From Mobula hypostoma (lineage: Eukaryota): a stretch of 64,000 nucleotides of DNA. Of the stretch, positions 25,263 through 39,129 are shown one piece after another; positions within the stretch are counted from its first letter, which is position 1, and every line of letters starts with the position of its first letter. The notes under the pieces were generated by a model, which saw nothing but the letters and a program-made list of their open reading frames with translations, was not told where the DNA came from and did no database searches. Made by a program: the position numbers and the translations under genes. The DNA lies in contig NC_086108.1 in assembly GCF_963921235.1 (NCBI RefSeq), positions 58,778,001 to 58,842,000 of the forward strand. The letters are read 5' to 3'.

Positions 25263-25371
25263 GTTTTACACTGCCAGTCATTAGCACTGAAAAGGCCACG
25301 GCTTTTTTCTGCAAGAGTCTTTCCAATTTCAGTTCCTCCAGCCTTCATTAGCTTTGCTTCACATGTTCTTT
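25263..25371 (-). CDS. ZRANB2: ZRANB2 coding exon 3 (ERTCEAKLMKAGGTEIGKTLAEKSRGLFSANDWQCKT)
   Basis: AAG acceptor after poly-T, GTGAG donor, 109 nt, in phase; near-identical to the known ZRANB2 linker. Confidence 0.97.
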
Positions 25372-25647
25372 CTTAAAAAAAATAAAGAAAGAATTAAAAA
25401 TTTCCTCAAAGTTGAAATGTTATATTTCAAAATGAATCAACTTTAAGGCTGTCATGTAACTATAGACTATCAGTCTGCCATGAGCCACGGATAATGATAA
25501 CAATCCAAGCAAGAGCAATAAACACGATTCACTCATACAAAGCAATAAACTAGAGACATGATGCATGAAGGTTGACTAAAATTAGTTGCATGGGTGCTAC
25601 ATATTTAGAGATTTATGGTAAATAATTTGCAATTCAGATCAGTTATA

Positions 25648-26525
25648 CAGGCAGTCCCCGGGTTACGAACGAGATCTGTTCTTAAGTCTGTCTTTAAGTC
25701 GAATTTGTAAGCAAGTCGAACAGATATATACGGTTCAGGAATTTTCAGGAAAATCACTCACAGCACTTACAAACGTGTACATCGGCACTCGCTGCTTCAC
25801 CTTGCACTTTAATATTATATAAATTTACCCTCACTTTGAAATGATTAAACCAACCCCTACTCGCAACAAATTCTCCATCACAATTACCTTCACTTGCTGC
25901 ACGTGAGCTTTTAAATCATTGAAAAGACTTTGAGCCTTTTCTTGCACTAAAGTAAAGCTAATAGGCATATTACGCTGATTTTGATCGTCTAACCAAATTA
26001 TCAATAGCCTTTCCATTTCAATAATTAAACCACTGCATTACTTTGTAATAACTATAGCTTTCATCTGGGCAGGGCCTTTCACATGCTCCACTATTCTCAC
26101 TTTATCCTTTAAAATTGTTCCAATCATTGACCGACTGTAGCCTAACACTTTTCCAATGACTGATGGCGTTTCACCTCTTTCCGATCGCTTTATTATTTCC
26201 ACTTTATTTTCAATCGTGATCGTTTTCCTTTTCTTTGATGCATCACCAGCACTTGCATTGGATTTACGCTTTGGAGGCATGGTTACAAGGGTAAATAAGA
26301 GAAAAATTTAAGCCAAATACAAAGTTACACACTCAATACAGTGTTAACGGCAACGTACTGCTGAAGCCGCATAATGTTTTCATGAGCGTCATAAAGTAGT
26401 GCCTGTGTTCTTTATTATGAACCATTGTATTTAACTCAAATTTTTAATATAATAGGCTTTATGGCAGTCCATTCGTAAGTACGAGTTGTCTGTAAGTCGT
26501 ACGTTCTTAACCCGGGAACTTACTG
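25648..26525 (-). mobile_element. Tigger1/TIGD1-like pogo transposon remnant
   Basis: TIRs CAGGCAGTCCCCGGGTTACG / CTTAACCCGGGAACTTACTG with TA TSDs; ORFs KKRKTITIENKVEIIKR and MERLLIIWLDDQ (DNA-binding domains only). Confidence 0.9.
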
Positions 26526-28249
26526 TAGTTTGAAAAATGACATGTCTTGTGGATCTAACAAGCCACCCAAAAGTGCATTTTTAATACTATGATCTTGTTT
26601 CCATTGATACTCATTTCTTTATCTTCAAAAATAGAAATGAGAAATGAATTCATTTCACGAGAAATAAACTGTACCCAATTATCATGGTTCACGCAATAAC
26701 AGAGCACTCGCCTCATTATACAGCAAGCTCACTGTACGTTCGGAAGCCTAGGCTGAGTCACAGCAATGTCCCTCAGTCGCTACTGAAACTCGTCTCCAGT
26801 TGTTCCAAGCACAGACTGATCCAGACTGAGCTGTCCAGACACAAGACAACTGACCTACGCACTCAGCTGTATGGGAAAATTAGCTCAGTAGCCTGCCAAG
26901 TTTCTGCCACTTTGAATAAGTAGCCTCATCATGTTAGATTATTATTACAAAGGCAAGGTAGAGTTAGAAGAGAGGTTTGTATACCATTCATCCTCTGTGG
27001 CAGTTAAACAGAGTAAAGCTGACAGAGAAGTGTTTGTAATTGTACCAGTCTCTATGTTTACCAACCATATGGAGCGGTTCATGTAGAGGATAGAGAGATG
27101 TGGGCCAAATGTATGTTATCTAGGATTAGCACAGCTGGACAAATAGGACAATATGGACAGGTTGGGCCAAAGAGCTGGTTTTCCTGCTATATGACATACA
27201 AATCCAATTTTTAAAGTCAATGTTTGTTATTGTAGTGGGGCTGTGATACCCACAAACAATTACGAAGTCTGGTTTTGCAAACATGACTGCAGAACTAAAC
27301 AAAGCCCAATCTTGAGCCAAGTGCAAGGGGATGTGTAATGTGGTCAGCTCTTAATGCCATTAATGTGAAAAGGCAAGGTACACAATCTTGATTGCTCTAA
27401 ATAATAGTTTTGGAGCATTGAGCATGAGAATTAACCTTTAATAAACTGAATCAATGCTAACTTATCAAATTTATCACAAATGTCTGCCTGAACACAAGTA
27501 CATCTACTCAACATAATACAGGAAGCAATGGAGTTGCTGCAATTAATTATTACGAAGAGAGACAATCTAGTTGATTGGGTCTATGCCAGCTTGCAGCAGA
27601 GTAGTTCCATTCCCCCTATCATTTCCCTGTTACCCTACAATTTATCTCACATGACAATCAACCCCCACCCTTTCTGCCACCGGCATAAACCAAAAGGTAA
27701 TTTTCTGTGGCCAACTGGTCTACCAGCACATCTTTGGAATGCAAGAGGAAATTAGAGCATCTTGTGGAAATCTAGTCATGGGGGTGAACGTGAAAACTTC
27801 ATACAGGTAGCACCCAAGGCCAGAAGTATACCTGGCCAAATTAAGCTGTAAAGCAGCAGGACAAAGCTCTCAGAACAAAACTGCATTGATAACTGATACC
27901 TTATTTCTGTTTCATCTGTCTGGCAGACAAGCTGTCTAATTAGTCTCACTTCATTGTTTCTTCCCAACTGTCTTGAAATTCATTCCCTCCCCCTCCACCC
28001 ACTAATATATATACAAAACCTTTTTAGAGATCACCCTTCACAGTCCCTGCAGGCAATGCATTCCAGATCACCACACTTAATTCTGTGCTCCCTTACAGAC
28101 CAAGTTATTTTGAACTCATTTATCCATTGATGCAAGTGCATAATACTTATTTTGTAAGTACCAGTAAACCTCTCCTGACACATCTCAATTAAGCCTCAAC
28201 ATCCATCCTAATGCACAGAATTGCTCAATCTTTCAAACTTGTTGGAAGG

Positions 28250-29910
28250 GAAAGCCCAAGAGATTTTATATTCTAAAGGGAAAGAGTAACAAGAGAAAAT
28301 AGAGCCCCTCAAAGACCAAAATGGACATCTTTGTGTGGAGTTGCAGGAGATGGGCGAGGTCCTCAATGAATATTCCTCCTGTTTTTATCATGAAAAAGGA
28401 TATGAAAAAATTGGAACTTGAAATAGTTAATATAGGAATAGTCCACATTACAGCAGAGGTGGTTCTGGATGTCTTAAAATACATGAAGGTAGATAAAATG
28501 TCCAGGGCCTGATCAGGTAAATCCAAGATTACCATGGATTACCATGGAAGAACAAATTGGGAGACCCCTGAATGAAAAATGCATCCTCATTAGTGACAGG
28601 TGAAGGACTGGAAGACTGGAGGGTGGCTAATGTTATCCCTTTATGCAAGAAGGGCTGGAAAGATAAACCTGTGAAATATAACAGGAAACCTAACAGGTAA
28701 AATACTAAAGGGGATTCTGAGGGATATGATATACAAGTATTTGGAAAGACAGTGGTTAATTAGGGCCAGTCAGCATGGCTTTGTGCATGGATATTCAAGA
28801 ATGTGACTAAGGTTTTTTGAAGAAGCAACAAAGGTCAACAAGAGCAGGACAGCAGACGTAGTTGGTATAAACTCAATAAGGCCTTTGATAAGGTTCCATA
28901 AGATAGGTTGTGATGAAAAATTAGATTGCAAGGGACCCATGGAGAGCTCGCTAATTGGATACACAAAAGCAGAGGATGATGGTGGAAGGTTGCTCTGTGG
29001 AGTGGATAGCGGTGTTCCCCATGGGTCGATGTTAGGCTATTGCTATTTATCATCTTTATCAATGATTTGAACAAGAATGTACAAGGTACAGTTACTAAGT
29101 TTGCAGGTAGTATAGGTAGTGTCATTGACAGCATCTGGATTTACAGAGGAATTTTCATCAACTGGGTAAGTGGGCTGAGAGGTGGCAAACGGAGATTAAT
29201 TTGGATAAGTGTGAGGTGTTGCATTTTGGGAAGACAAATAATGGTTGGGCTTTCACTGTGAATGGTAGGGCTCAGGAGAGTATTATAGAACAAAAGGATA
29301 TGGTTCCCTGAAACTATAGTCAAGGAGACAGAGTGGTGGTTTTTGACATGTTGGCCTTCATTAGTACGAGCATTCAGTATAGCAGTTGGAATGTTATGTT
29401 GCAGCTGTGTAAGGTGCTGATCAGGCTGCATTCAGCTTTGGTCAACCTGCATTAGGAAAGATGCCATTAAAATGGAAAGAGAGCAGAGGACATTTATGAA
29501 GGTACTGAGCTATAGAGAGATTGAGCAAGCTAAGACTTATCATTTGAACATAGTAGAATGAGGGGTATATAAAATCATGAGAGGCATAGACAGAATGAAA
29601 ACAATCCTTTTTCCCCTCAAGGCTGTGGAATCGAAAACCAGAAGATATAGGTTTAAAGAGAGAGGGAAGAGATCTCACAGGAACCAAAAGACAACTTTCT
29701 CTAACTAGAAGATGGCAAGCATAGGGAATGAACTGCCAGAGGAAGCAGTTGATCAGGTACAGTAGCAACATTTAAAAGGTACTTGAACAGATACATGGAT
29801 AAGGAAGGTTTAGAGGGGTATGGGCCAAATGCAGGCAAATGGACTAGTTTAGTTGGATGTGGTAAGCATGGACCAGTTAGGAACCAGCTGAAGGGCCCTT
29901 TCTGTTCTTA
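28250..29910 (+). mobile_element. Old CR1 LINE fragment
   Basis: Degenerate DWRVANV, QHGF, SGVP, INDL, TKFAG motifs and CR1-type 3' UTR. Confidence 0.8.
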
Positions 29911-30903
29911 TGACCAAGCATATCTATAATCAGCCTCATCTCAAAGACCAACATTGCCAGTAGCGAGGACCTATTTACTATGACTGCATTTGGTAGGCCC
30001 GGACTCAAAACTGACATTCTATGCTAAGTTCCTTCATGGGAGAAGATTGCAGACAAACAGAAAAATAGATCCAAGGACATACTCAAAAAATATTCCTTGA
30101 AGTGCAAGATCCTGAATGAATCCTGGGAATCCTTGGGAAATGACCAAAGTGGAGAAGCAGTATTTCAGTATGGTATGAGGAAGTAGATCAGAAGCTCCTA
30201 GAAGTTTTCAGGGATATTTAACTTTGCATCAAGCAATCAGCCCTACAAGTGGTTAAAAGAACATGTAACTTCAATCTACCAATCCACATGACTGCATGTT
30301 GGGAGAAGCTGCAGTTCCTACCTGGACTTGACTTGCTACTCAAAAAGCCATAAAATCAGAGTGGAAATAAGTCATTCTTGATCCCAAGGACTGCGTAAGA
30401 TTGAGAATCCAGAATGGAGTACAGTACTGTAGCAATTTAATCAATGTTTTATTGTAAGTTAACTTTTGCTTTTGACCGCGTTATTCTTAATGAGAGAAAA
30501 CTGCTAACCTTAAAAACTGGGGACTGCAAATGCTCTAAAGAAAGTTAGTGTTCATGGTTAGACTAGATAGGCAAATAAAGGAAAAGGCATATTGAAACAG
30601 GGTAGCTAACTAAAGACAGAATCATACACATCTGGGAGATAAACTTCAATGCATCAGCTTAGTTAAACTGTGATTCCATGCTGTAACCTGTGCAAGCCAA
30701 GTCTCATGATTGAATAACAGGCAAAACCACATACATGAAGTAACCACTTGAGCAAAATGTTAATGTATCCTGAAAAACATTAATCTTTAGATTTGGGAAA
30801 AAAATTAAAACAACTTAATTCTTCTGCAAACCACCTTAAACATGTATAGAGCACAACATAGAAATGGAGATTAGCAAAATGGACAAAACCTTGCACCACT
30901 TAC

Positions 30904-30956
30904 CTTTTCCACATCTGTTACAGTTTGTTCTTCTTGCAAAATTTACATTTCCACAT
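30904..30956 (-). CDS. ZRANB2: ZRANB2 coding exon 2 (CGNVNFARRTNCNRCGK; zinc finger 1)
   Basis: TTAG acceptor, GTAAG donor, 53 nt, phase continues exon 1; completes the first RanBP2-type finger. Confidence 0.97.
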
Positions 30957-31654
30957 CTAAGACAAAGTAAAAAGAATGAGCAAATAGTTTGCTTTTAAAT
31001 AGATCAATATTTCCACTTTGAGTGCCCATTTTTAGAAAACACTCAAGAATTCAATAGTTTAAGAATTTTCATGTTTACTTTTTGCTTCAGCTCTTAAAAC
31101 GTTTAAAGTGCATATTTTCCAGACACAAACATCCACTGTTCTAGAAATATGGTAAGCAACTTACCACCTTTGTTATTAAGGAGCAATGTAAATGGCAACA
31201 CAGCCAACTATCTCCAAATAAAGACTTCAACCATATATTATTTTCACAATTTAGCTTTATATGCCTCAATGCTGTTTTAACCTAACTGATCATGCAATAC
31301 ATAATTTAAGAAAACAATCCAGGAACTTGGTGTGTATTTTAACAACATCAAACTGAAAAACTTAAATTTTGAGTGTGGAGAAGAGGTCTTCATGAAACAA
31401 TGCAGCAAACATAAATAGAAAATAAGAGGTGCAACATTAAGTATACATAAAAAATACAAAATGTATATCAGCAAACAAGTTATGAGATTCTGATCAAAAG
31501 TGGAATTCGACAGCAATGACCTTTGCAGGCACTATTAAACAGAAGGGAAGACCACAGCACAACACTAGAATATCAAATCTTTCTGCATCCCACTTGCACT
31601 AGTGGTAACTTACAGCAGCCAATTAACCCATCAGCAATATTTTGGGCAAGAACA

Positions 31655-32800
31655 CAAGTAGATGCAGGAATGAGCTACCATCCTCTCAAGCTACCCACAG
31701 TTCAATATGATCATGGCTGATCTACACTTGCGCCAATTCCTCTTCTGTGTCTATTCACCAAACCTGCCCCACCACCTTGGTCTTTCACAAGTTTATCAAG
31801 CTCCACTTTAAATACTTCTAATGATCCCGCCTCCACCACCTTAGCGAGAAGCAGAGGAGGAATTTTCCATGCACTCCAGTTTTAATTACTGGCCCCTTAC
31901 TTAGTAGTATGTCACTTTGTGACTTCCCCCACTGGTAAAAACATCAACACTTACTCTGTCAAGTTCCAGGAGGATCTTATGTTTGAACAGAACACTACTC
32001 ATTTTAATCTCCAAAGAATATAGATCCAAGCTATCAACCCCCACTTGATACGGCAATGATCTCATTTCAGGAATTAGCCTAGAGTATCTCCTTTGAACCA
32101 TCTCCAATGCTACTATATTCTTTGTTTTGTTATTAATTCACGAGTCTCATTCTCTAGGTCAACACACTTAACTGAGGCAGTTTTTCCAATTTATATGCCC
32201 ACAGAAATTCTTACTGTTTGCTTTAATGTTACACAAAAGTTTTCTCTCAAAACCATTCAAGTCTTTTGTTGCTGGATCCAAAACGTTTCCGAGCCCTCCA
32301 GCCTATCACTAGTTCTTACTACTTTGCATGGCCTACTTTTCAATACAACACTATCCCTGACCCTCCTTACTTAACCACAAGTTAGCCTCCATCTCATGGA
32401 ATCCCTCTTTGACTGGAATAAATTCCTACTGAGCAGTATGAACCAACTTTCTGAATATCTGTTACTGTTCACCTTCTGACCTCTTACTTTCCTATTCCAT
32501 TTTGCACAACGATCACAGGATGCTGCGGTGCTCTAGCATTGCACGTTTCACTTTGGCGAGTACACATCAACCCTTGCTAAGAGTAGTTTTGGTCCTGTGG
32601 TGTTCATTGTCAAACTACATCTGCAACTCTATCATATTATGGTCACTACCTCCTAGGAGGCCTTCAACCAGATCTGTTAATCGGTCCTCATTTCATGACC
32701 AAATTTAGTTTCTTGCTTAAGATAGCTTGTTTCTGGGTTTGTATCATAGTGCTCCAAGCAGCAATTGCCAACACACTCCACAGGTATTTCTACGATACCC
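31655..32800 (-). mobile_element. Very old CR1 fragments
   Basis: VQRRYSRLIPEMRSLPY; CR1 3' UTR motif GATCATGGCTGATCT at ~31710. Confidence 0.6.
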
Positions 32801-32929
32801 TTAGCAGTATTATTCATCCAATCAATATGTAGATTAAAATCTCCCTTGACATTTTAAGTTTCCTTCAAACACACCCTGAATATTTCTCCATATTTCACTC
32901 TACCAACAAGTCATATTTTGGGGTCATGT

Positions 32930-33280
32930 CTGGCGAGGGGCATTGATTGTGTGGATAGCCAGAGGCTTTTTCCCCAGGGCTGAAATAGCTAACACGAGGG
33001 GGCAGAGTTTAAAGATGCTTGGACATAGGTACCAAGGGGATGTCAGGGGCAAGTTCTTCCACACACAGAGTGGTGGGTGTGTGGAATGCACCGCCAGCGG
33101 CAGTGGTGGAAGTGTTCAATAGGGTCTTTTTAGAGCCTCTTAGATAGGTACATGAAGCTCAGAAAAGTAGAGGGCTATGTGCTAGGGAAATTCTAAGGAG
33201 TCTCTAGAGTGGGTTACATGGTCGGCACAATATTCTCTTTTGAAGGGCCTGTAATGTGCTGTAAATTTCTATGTTCTATA
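32930..33280 (+). mobile_element. CR1 3' end fragment
   Basis: Similar to the 3' end of the CR1 at 55187-55520; TTCTATG tail. Confidence 0.75.
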
Positions 33281-35029
33281 TCATCTTTCCCATGCTATTC
33301 ACAATTTTAAACCAAAGTGATTCTATACCGCTATCTACTATCTCTGTATCAGAACTCAACACCACTCTGATATCTCTTGATTAACAATGCTATCCTGCCT
33401 CCTCTCCATATAACCATTTAACAATTACAGCATGGAAACAGGCCATCTCAGCCCTTCTAGTCCGTGCTGAACTCTTACCTTCACCTAGTCCCACCGACCT
33501 GCACTCAGCCCATAACCCTCCATTTCTTTCCTGTCCAGATGGCTGTCCAGTTTAACTTTAAACGACAACATCGAACCTGCCTCAACCACTTCTGCTCTCC
33601 TTTTGACTTGCTCTTTTTGAACATTGCAATCAGTAATAGTGAGTGCCCTGTTCTGGTCACCCTCAAACTGCATCTCACAATAGCTATTAGATCATGTTGC
33701 TATTAATCCTGTCATCTATCTTAACACAAACCTTACGTGTGCATTCCAGATAAAAACTGTTAAACTTTGATTTTTTAAACTAACTCTGGTTTTGTCCTAG
33801 GCAATTTCTATTTTCTATTTTTGTTTATGCTTTTTGCCCTAATATTTTATGCTTTGAGGTACTTCTTTACGTAAAGATTGCAAAGGATGCACAGCTAAAA
33901 CAAAGAAAGGTATTGCCAGAAATTCAGAACATTCAACTCCATCGGCTACCCAGCATTTGCAGAGACAAAAAGTTCATTTCAAGTCGATCTCTGGAGAAGA
34001 GGAGGGAGAAGATGGTGAACAATGAGAATTAGATTAGGGGATACAAGACAAGGGGAGGTGGCAATACATCAAGAAATGATGGATCTGAAAAAACTGTTAA
34101 GATGAATAACAGATCCAATACTTGAAATTGTTTTCCTCAATAATGGATCAGATTATCATTAATGGAGAATAAAGTGCTGTTCCTCAAGGACGACCAATGC
34201 TCGTGCATGAAAGAAATGATAATAGCAGCCATGAGGGGAGAGATAAATGGCAAGTACCACCAGATCCAGATAGGATAATGGAAAAGTGCTAGCCGGTGAG
34301 TACCTACCTATGTGTGTAGTGTGTGGATGTAGATTGAAACAAGGAGAAGGGTAACAAGAACGTGGGCAAAATTCGGAGAATTGATGAAAGATTGAAGAGG
34401 GAAACAAAACACAGGAGGGCGAGTTACCTAAAATTGGAAAACTCAATGTTCATGCCATTGAGCTGTAGACTACTCACGCAGATACGACTTGTTGCTCCTC
34501 TAGTCTGCATTGGGCCTCACCCTGTTAATGGAGATGGCCAAGAATAGACAAGGCAATGTAAGAATAGGAAGGGGAATTGAACTAATGTGTAACTGCGAAC
34601 TTGGGATGGCCACTGCAGTGTGTGTGGGTCCTTTGCAAAATGGTAAGAGAGAACAATGGGCATGTGGAAAGACTGGAAACCAGGAGAGAAAGGACCAGCT
34701 GAGAGATGAAGAAGGCTTGTTCATGTCAATTGATTTATCTAGAGGTGCAATAATAAGAGAGAGAGAGGAAAAAGAGAAAACTATGCTGGAACGGAGATAC
34801 ACTGAGAAACAAATCATTTGAAACTTTAAACCAATTCTCTCTCCACTGGAGCAAGCAGCATTTGCAGAGAAAGAAGGTGCTAAAGATACAGGCCAATGAT
34901 CTTTAAGAAGAATACATCAGTTCTGAAACTAAATAGAAAAGTCGGTATCAATAGTTTCAGATAAAGTCCCAAGAACTGTTTTCAATCCTACAGCCAAGAT
35001 ATTGTCTGGTCTCTCAAGCTTGTTGTTGA

Positions 35030-37273
35030 GTCCACTAGGGGATCGGCTGTGCTGGATTGGGTGTTGTGCGTTGATCCGGAGGTGCTAAGAGAGCTTAACG
35101 TTAAAGAACCCTTAGGGAACAGTGATCACAATATGATCGAGTTCACTTTGAAATTTGGGAAGGAGAAACTAAATTCCAATGTGTCTGTATTTCAGTGGTA
35201 TATATAAAGGAAATGACAATGGCATGAGAGGGGAACTGGCCAAGGTTGACTGGAAAGGGACACTAGCAGGAAGGACAGCAGAGCAGAAATGGCTAGAGTT
35301 TCTGTGAAAAATAAGGGAAGTGCAAGACAGATATATTCCAAATAAGAAGAAATTTTCAAATGGAAGGACACTACCATGGCTGACAAGTGAAGTCACAGCC
35401 AAAGTAAAAGCAAAAGAGAGGGCATACAAACAAGCCAAAACTAGTAGCAAGATAGAGGAAGCTGGCAACTAATACCAAAGATACTAAAAGCTTCTTTTAA
35501 GTATACAAAGTGTAAAAGAATCGAGGGTAGATAAAGGACCATAGGAAATTATGCTGGAGATATTGTAATGAGAGACGCAGCGATCGTAGAGGAACTGGAT
35601 GTGTATTTTGCATCAGTCTTCACAGTGGAAGACATCTGTGGTATACCGGACATTCAAGAGTGTCAAGGAAGTGAAGTATATGCAGTGAAAATTACGACTG
35701 AGAAGGTGCTCAGGAAGCTTAATGGTCTGAGGGTGGATAAGTCTCCTGGACGTGATGGAATGCACCCTCGGGTTCTGAAGGAAGTAGCTGGAGAGATTGC
35801 GGAGGCATTAACAATGATCTTTTAAAAATCGATAGAATCTGGCATTGTACCGGATGACTGGAAAATTGCAACTGTTACTCCGCCATTTAAGAAGGGTGGG
35901 AGGCAGCAGAAAGGAAACTTTTGACTTGTTAGCCTGACATCAGTGGTTGGAATCAATAGTTAGGGATGAAATTACAGAGTACCTGGAGGCACATGACAAG
36001 ATAGGCCAGAGCCAGCATGGCTTCCTGAAAGAAAAATCCTGCCTGACTAACCTACTGCAATTTTTTGAGGAAATTACAAGCAAGATAGACAAAGGAGATG
36101 CAGTGTACTTGGATTTTCAGAAGGCTTTTTGACAAGGTGCCACACAGGGGGCTGCTTAGCAAGATAAGAGCCCATGGAATTACAGGGAAGTTACTAGCGT
36201 GGGTGGAACATTGGTCGATCAGCAGAAAGCAGAGAGTGGGAATAAAGGAATCCTATTCTGGCTGGCTGCCGGTTTCCAGTGGAGTTCCACAGGGGTCAGT
36301 GTTGGGACCATTGATTTTACGATGTATATCAATGATTTGGACTATGGGATTAATGTATTTGTGACTAAATTTACCGATGATACAAAGATAGGTGGAGGAG
36401 TGGGTAGTATTGAGGAAACAGAGAGCCTGCAGCGAGACTTAGATAGTTCAGGAGAATGGGCAAAGTGGCAAATGAATTACAATGTTGGAAAGTGTATGGT
36501 CATGCACTTTGGTGGAAGAAATAGACAGACTATTATTTAGATGGAGAGAGAACTCAAAATGCAGAAATCCAAAGGGACTTGGGAGTCCTTGTGCAGCATA
36601 CCTTAAAGGGTAACCTCCAGGTTGAGTTGGTGGGGAAAGTGGCAAATGCAATGTTGGCATTTATTTCTAGAGGTATAGAATACAAGAGCAGAGATGTGAT
36701 GTTGAGGTTCTATAAGGCACTCGTGAGACCACACTTGGAGTATTGTGTGCAGTTTTGGGCTCCTTATTTTAGAAAGGATATACTGAAATTAGGGACGGTT
36801 CAGAGAAGATTCACAAGAATGAAAGGGTTACCATATGAGGAACATCTGGCAGCTTTTGGACTAGATTCCCTGGAGTTCAAGATAATGAGGAGGGATCGCA
36901 TAGCAACGTTCTGAATGTTAAGAGGCCTGAACAGATTAGATATGGTAAAGCGTTTCCCATGATAAGGGAGTCTAGGACAAGAGGGCACGACTTCAGGATT
37001 GAAGGATGTCCATTTAGAATAGAGATGCCGAAAAATTACTTTAGTCAGAGGATGATAAATCTGCGGAATTTGTTGCCACGAGTGGCTGTGGAGGCCAAGT
37101 CATTAGGTGCATTTAAGGCAGAGATAGATAGGTTCTTGATTAGCCAGGGCAGCAAAGGGTATGGGGAGAAGGCAGGGGAGTGGGGATGACTGAAAGAATT
37201 GGATCAGCCATAATTGAATGGCGGAACAGACTCGTGGGCTGAATGGCCTACTTCTGTTCCTATATCTTATGGT
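35030..37273 (+). mobile_element. 5'-truncated CR1 LINE in ZRANB2 intron 1
   Basis: SDHNMIEF endonuclease end, [52 protein letters not shown] tail; frameshifted. Confidence 0.92.
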
Positions 37274-38029
37274 ATCCAGTGTTCAGCCATTTCTTGATAC
37301 CAGCTCGTGAAGGATTAATAGGTTTTGAATCATAGGAAGCCTCCAAACATGCTCTCTCAAATGACTAAGAAATAGATAAGAATTTCTGCAGATGGCAGAT
37401 CAGTTTTAAAATAGTTACCACATCAGTCAGGAGTGTGCTTTCAGCAAGGACTTAAGAAATTGATTTGCAATAATAAGGTATGATATGTTCATTCCATACG
37501 TACATTTAATTACTCAGTTATTTGACTAAAACCATTAACAAATTCAACTTGGTGTTAATTCATCATTTTAGTACTCTTCCCCCCCCCCAATTTGTTGGTA
37601 AAAAAAGTAGGGGAAAAATCTCTCCCTGTGATCGTTTGTTAAACTAAAGAGGGGTGTTGTTAGTTTCAAGAAGCAGGTTGTACGAATTGGAGTAACAACT
37701 TCAGAATTCGAACAACGCGGCAGATGGTAATCGACCTAGCTCGAATTTGCAGGTAGATAACTAGATGTGGTAAAGAAAAAAGGTCCGAATTAAGAAAAAC
37801 ACACACACTAATCGTAATTACACCACAGCCTTTCAAACAGCTTTAGAAACGCAATCTATAAGAGGACATTACGATCCTCAAAGATGAACAGCTATGGCCC
37901 GGAGATGTAAAGCACATCTCCTACTGAAACATAAAAGTGCTATTTCAATAAACAGTAGTATAATCGCTAATAAAACAAAGCGCAAACTTTTCAAATTTGC
38001 TGATTATACACTTGAGATAGGAATCGTTT

Positions 38030-38590
38030 ACTACACACGGGCCCACAACGCAGGTTCTTTATTCCGCCAGTTCTCGTAACTGCAACGCCGCCTTCCCCGT
38101 CCGCAAACCTCACCCTGGGCCCGCTGTACTGCAGACCAGCCCGCCACCCCGTCAGCATTTACACTTCTTACTTTTTATCGGGGCAGATCCAGTCGCCGTC
38201 GCTAACGCGAAAGCTCTTTGCCGACATCTTTTCCGCTTCCATTGAAGAGGCGGAGATCAGGAGGTTGCGGCCGACTCGCTCAAAAGCACAAGAAGCTTTC
38301 ACACTTTCACGGATCCACCGACACCAAGTTCTTACAAGCCGCTTCTCTAGTATCCGGGGAAGAAATACATTACTCTCCTCCCGAATTTACCGCGCGATCT
38401 CTTTCGCCCACAAGAACGGACAGATAGTTAGCTTCCCGCAGGCGGCTCAATCAAAAAAGGCCTGATCATAGCACCACAAAGCTTCCCGGGATACAGGAGG
38501 ACTTCCAGTCTCAGGATTTGATTGGCGGAGTCGCCCACAACCGACTCCAGCCGCAACTCCGGAAGATTGCTAGGCGTAAAGGTACAATGA
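38030..38590 (-). promoter_or_regulatory. CpG-rich promoter / 5' UTR region of ZRANB2
   Basis: High CpG density around exon 1 in an AT-rich background; CCAAT box (ATTGG at 38521-38525 on +) and ETS-like CCGGAAG at ~38559. TSS not determinable. Confidence 0.75.
38172..38227 (-). CDS. ZRANB2: ZRANB2 coding exon 1 (MSAKSFRVSDGDWICPDK-K)
   Basis: ATG at 38227; translation matches the vertebrate ZRANB2 N-terminus (human MSTKNFRVSDGDWICPDKK); 56 nt followed by donor GTAAG; lies in a CpG-rich region. Confidence 0.97.
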
Positions 38591-38908
38591 TTCTGAAAAT
38601 AAAAGTTGACATTCTTCTAAATAGGCAAATTTTCTTTGTTTATAATTAGCAGTATTAAAATTTCAAAAATGTGCATATTTTCTGCCAGCTAACCTGAAAA
38701 GGAAATTTGAAATTTTCTTCAGACATATTGTAAATAGGGTTGAGAGCCAATAAAACAGATGAAAGGGCAAGGCAGAAACATTAAATTACTATTTTGTAAA
38801 GAACTAAATTCTATCCTTAGTTCGGGAGCTAACAGGGATGAATAATAAAAGCTTGTGTTGTAAGCAACATTTTGCCTTGTGAAAGAGCAGGTAAAAAAGG
38901 TTGTCAAA

Positions 38909-39071
38909 CACAAAATAATCTGCAGATGCTGGGGTCAAAGCAACACTCACAACACGCTGGAGGAACTCAGCAGGTCGGGCAGCATCCGTGGAAAAGATCG
39001 GTCGACGTTGAAACGTCGACCGATCTTTTCCACGAATGCTGCCCGACCTGCTGAGTTCCTCCAGCGTGTTG
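38909..39071. mobile_element. Penelope-type palindromic insertion upstream of ZRANB2
   Basis: Arms 38950-39009 / 39012-39071 (60 bp, one mismatch, 2-nt centre); TSD AAAGGT(T/C)GTCAAA at 38896-38908 and 39072-39084. Confidence 0.85.
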
Positions 39072-39129
39072 AAAGGTCGTCAAAGCTATATTTAAATAGG
39101 AAATTGAATGTCCATGTCAAAACGTATGA

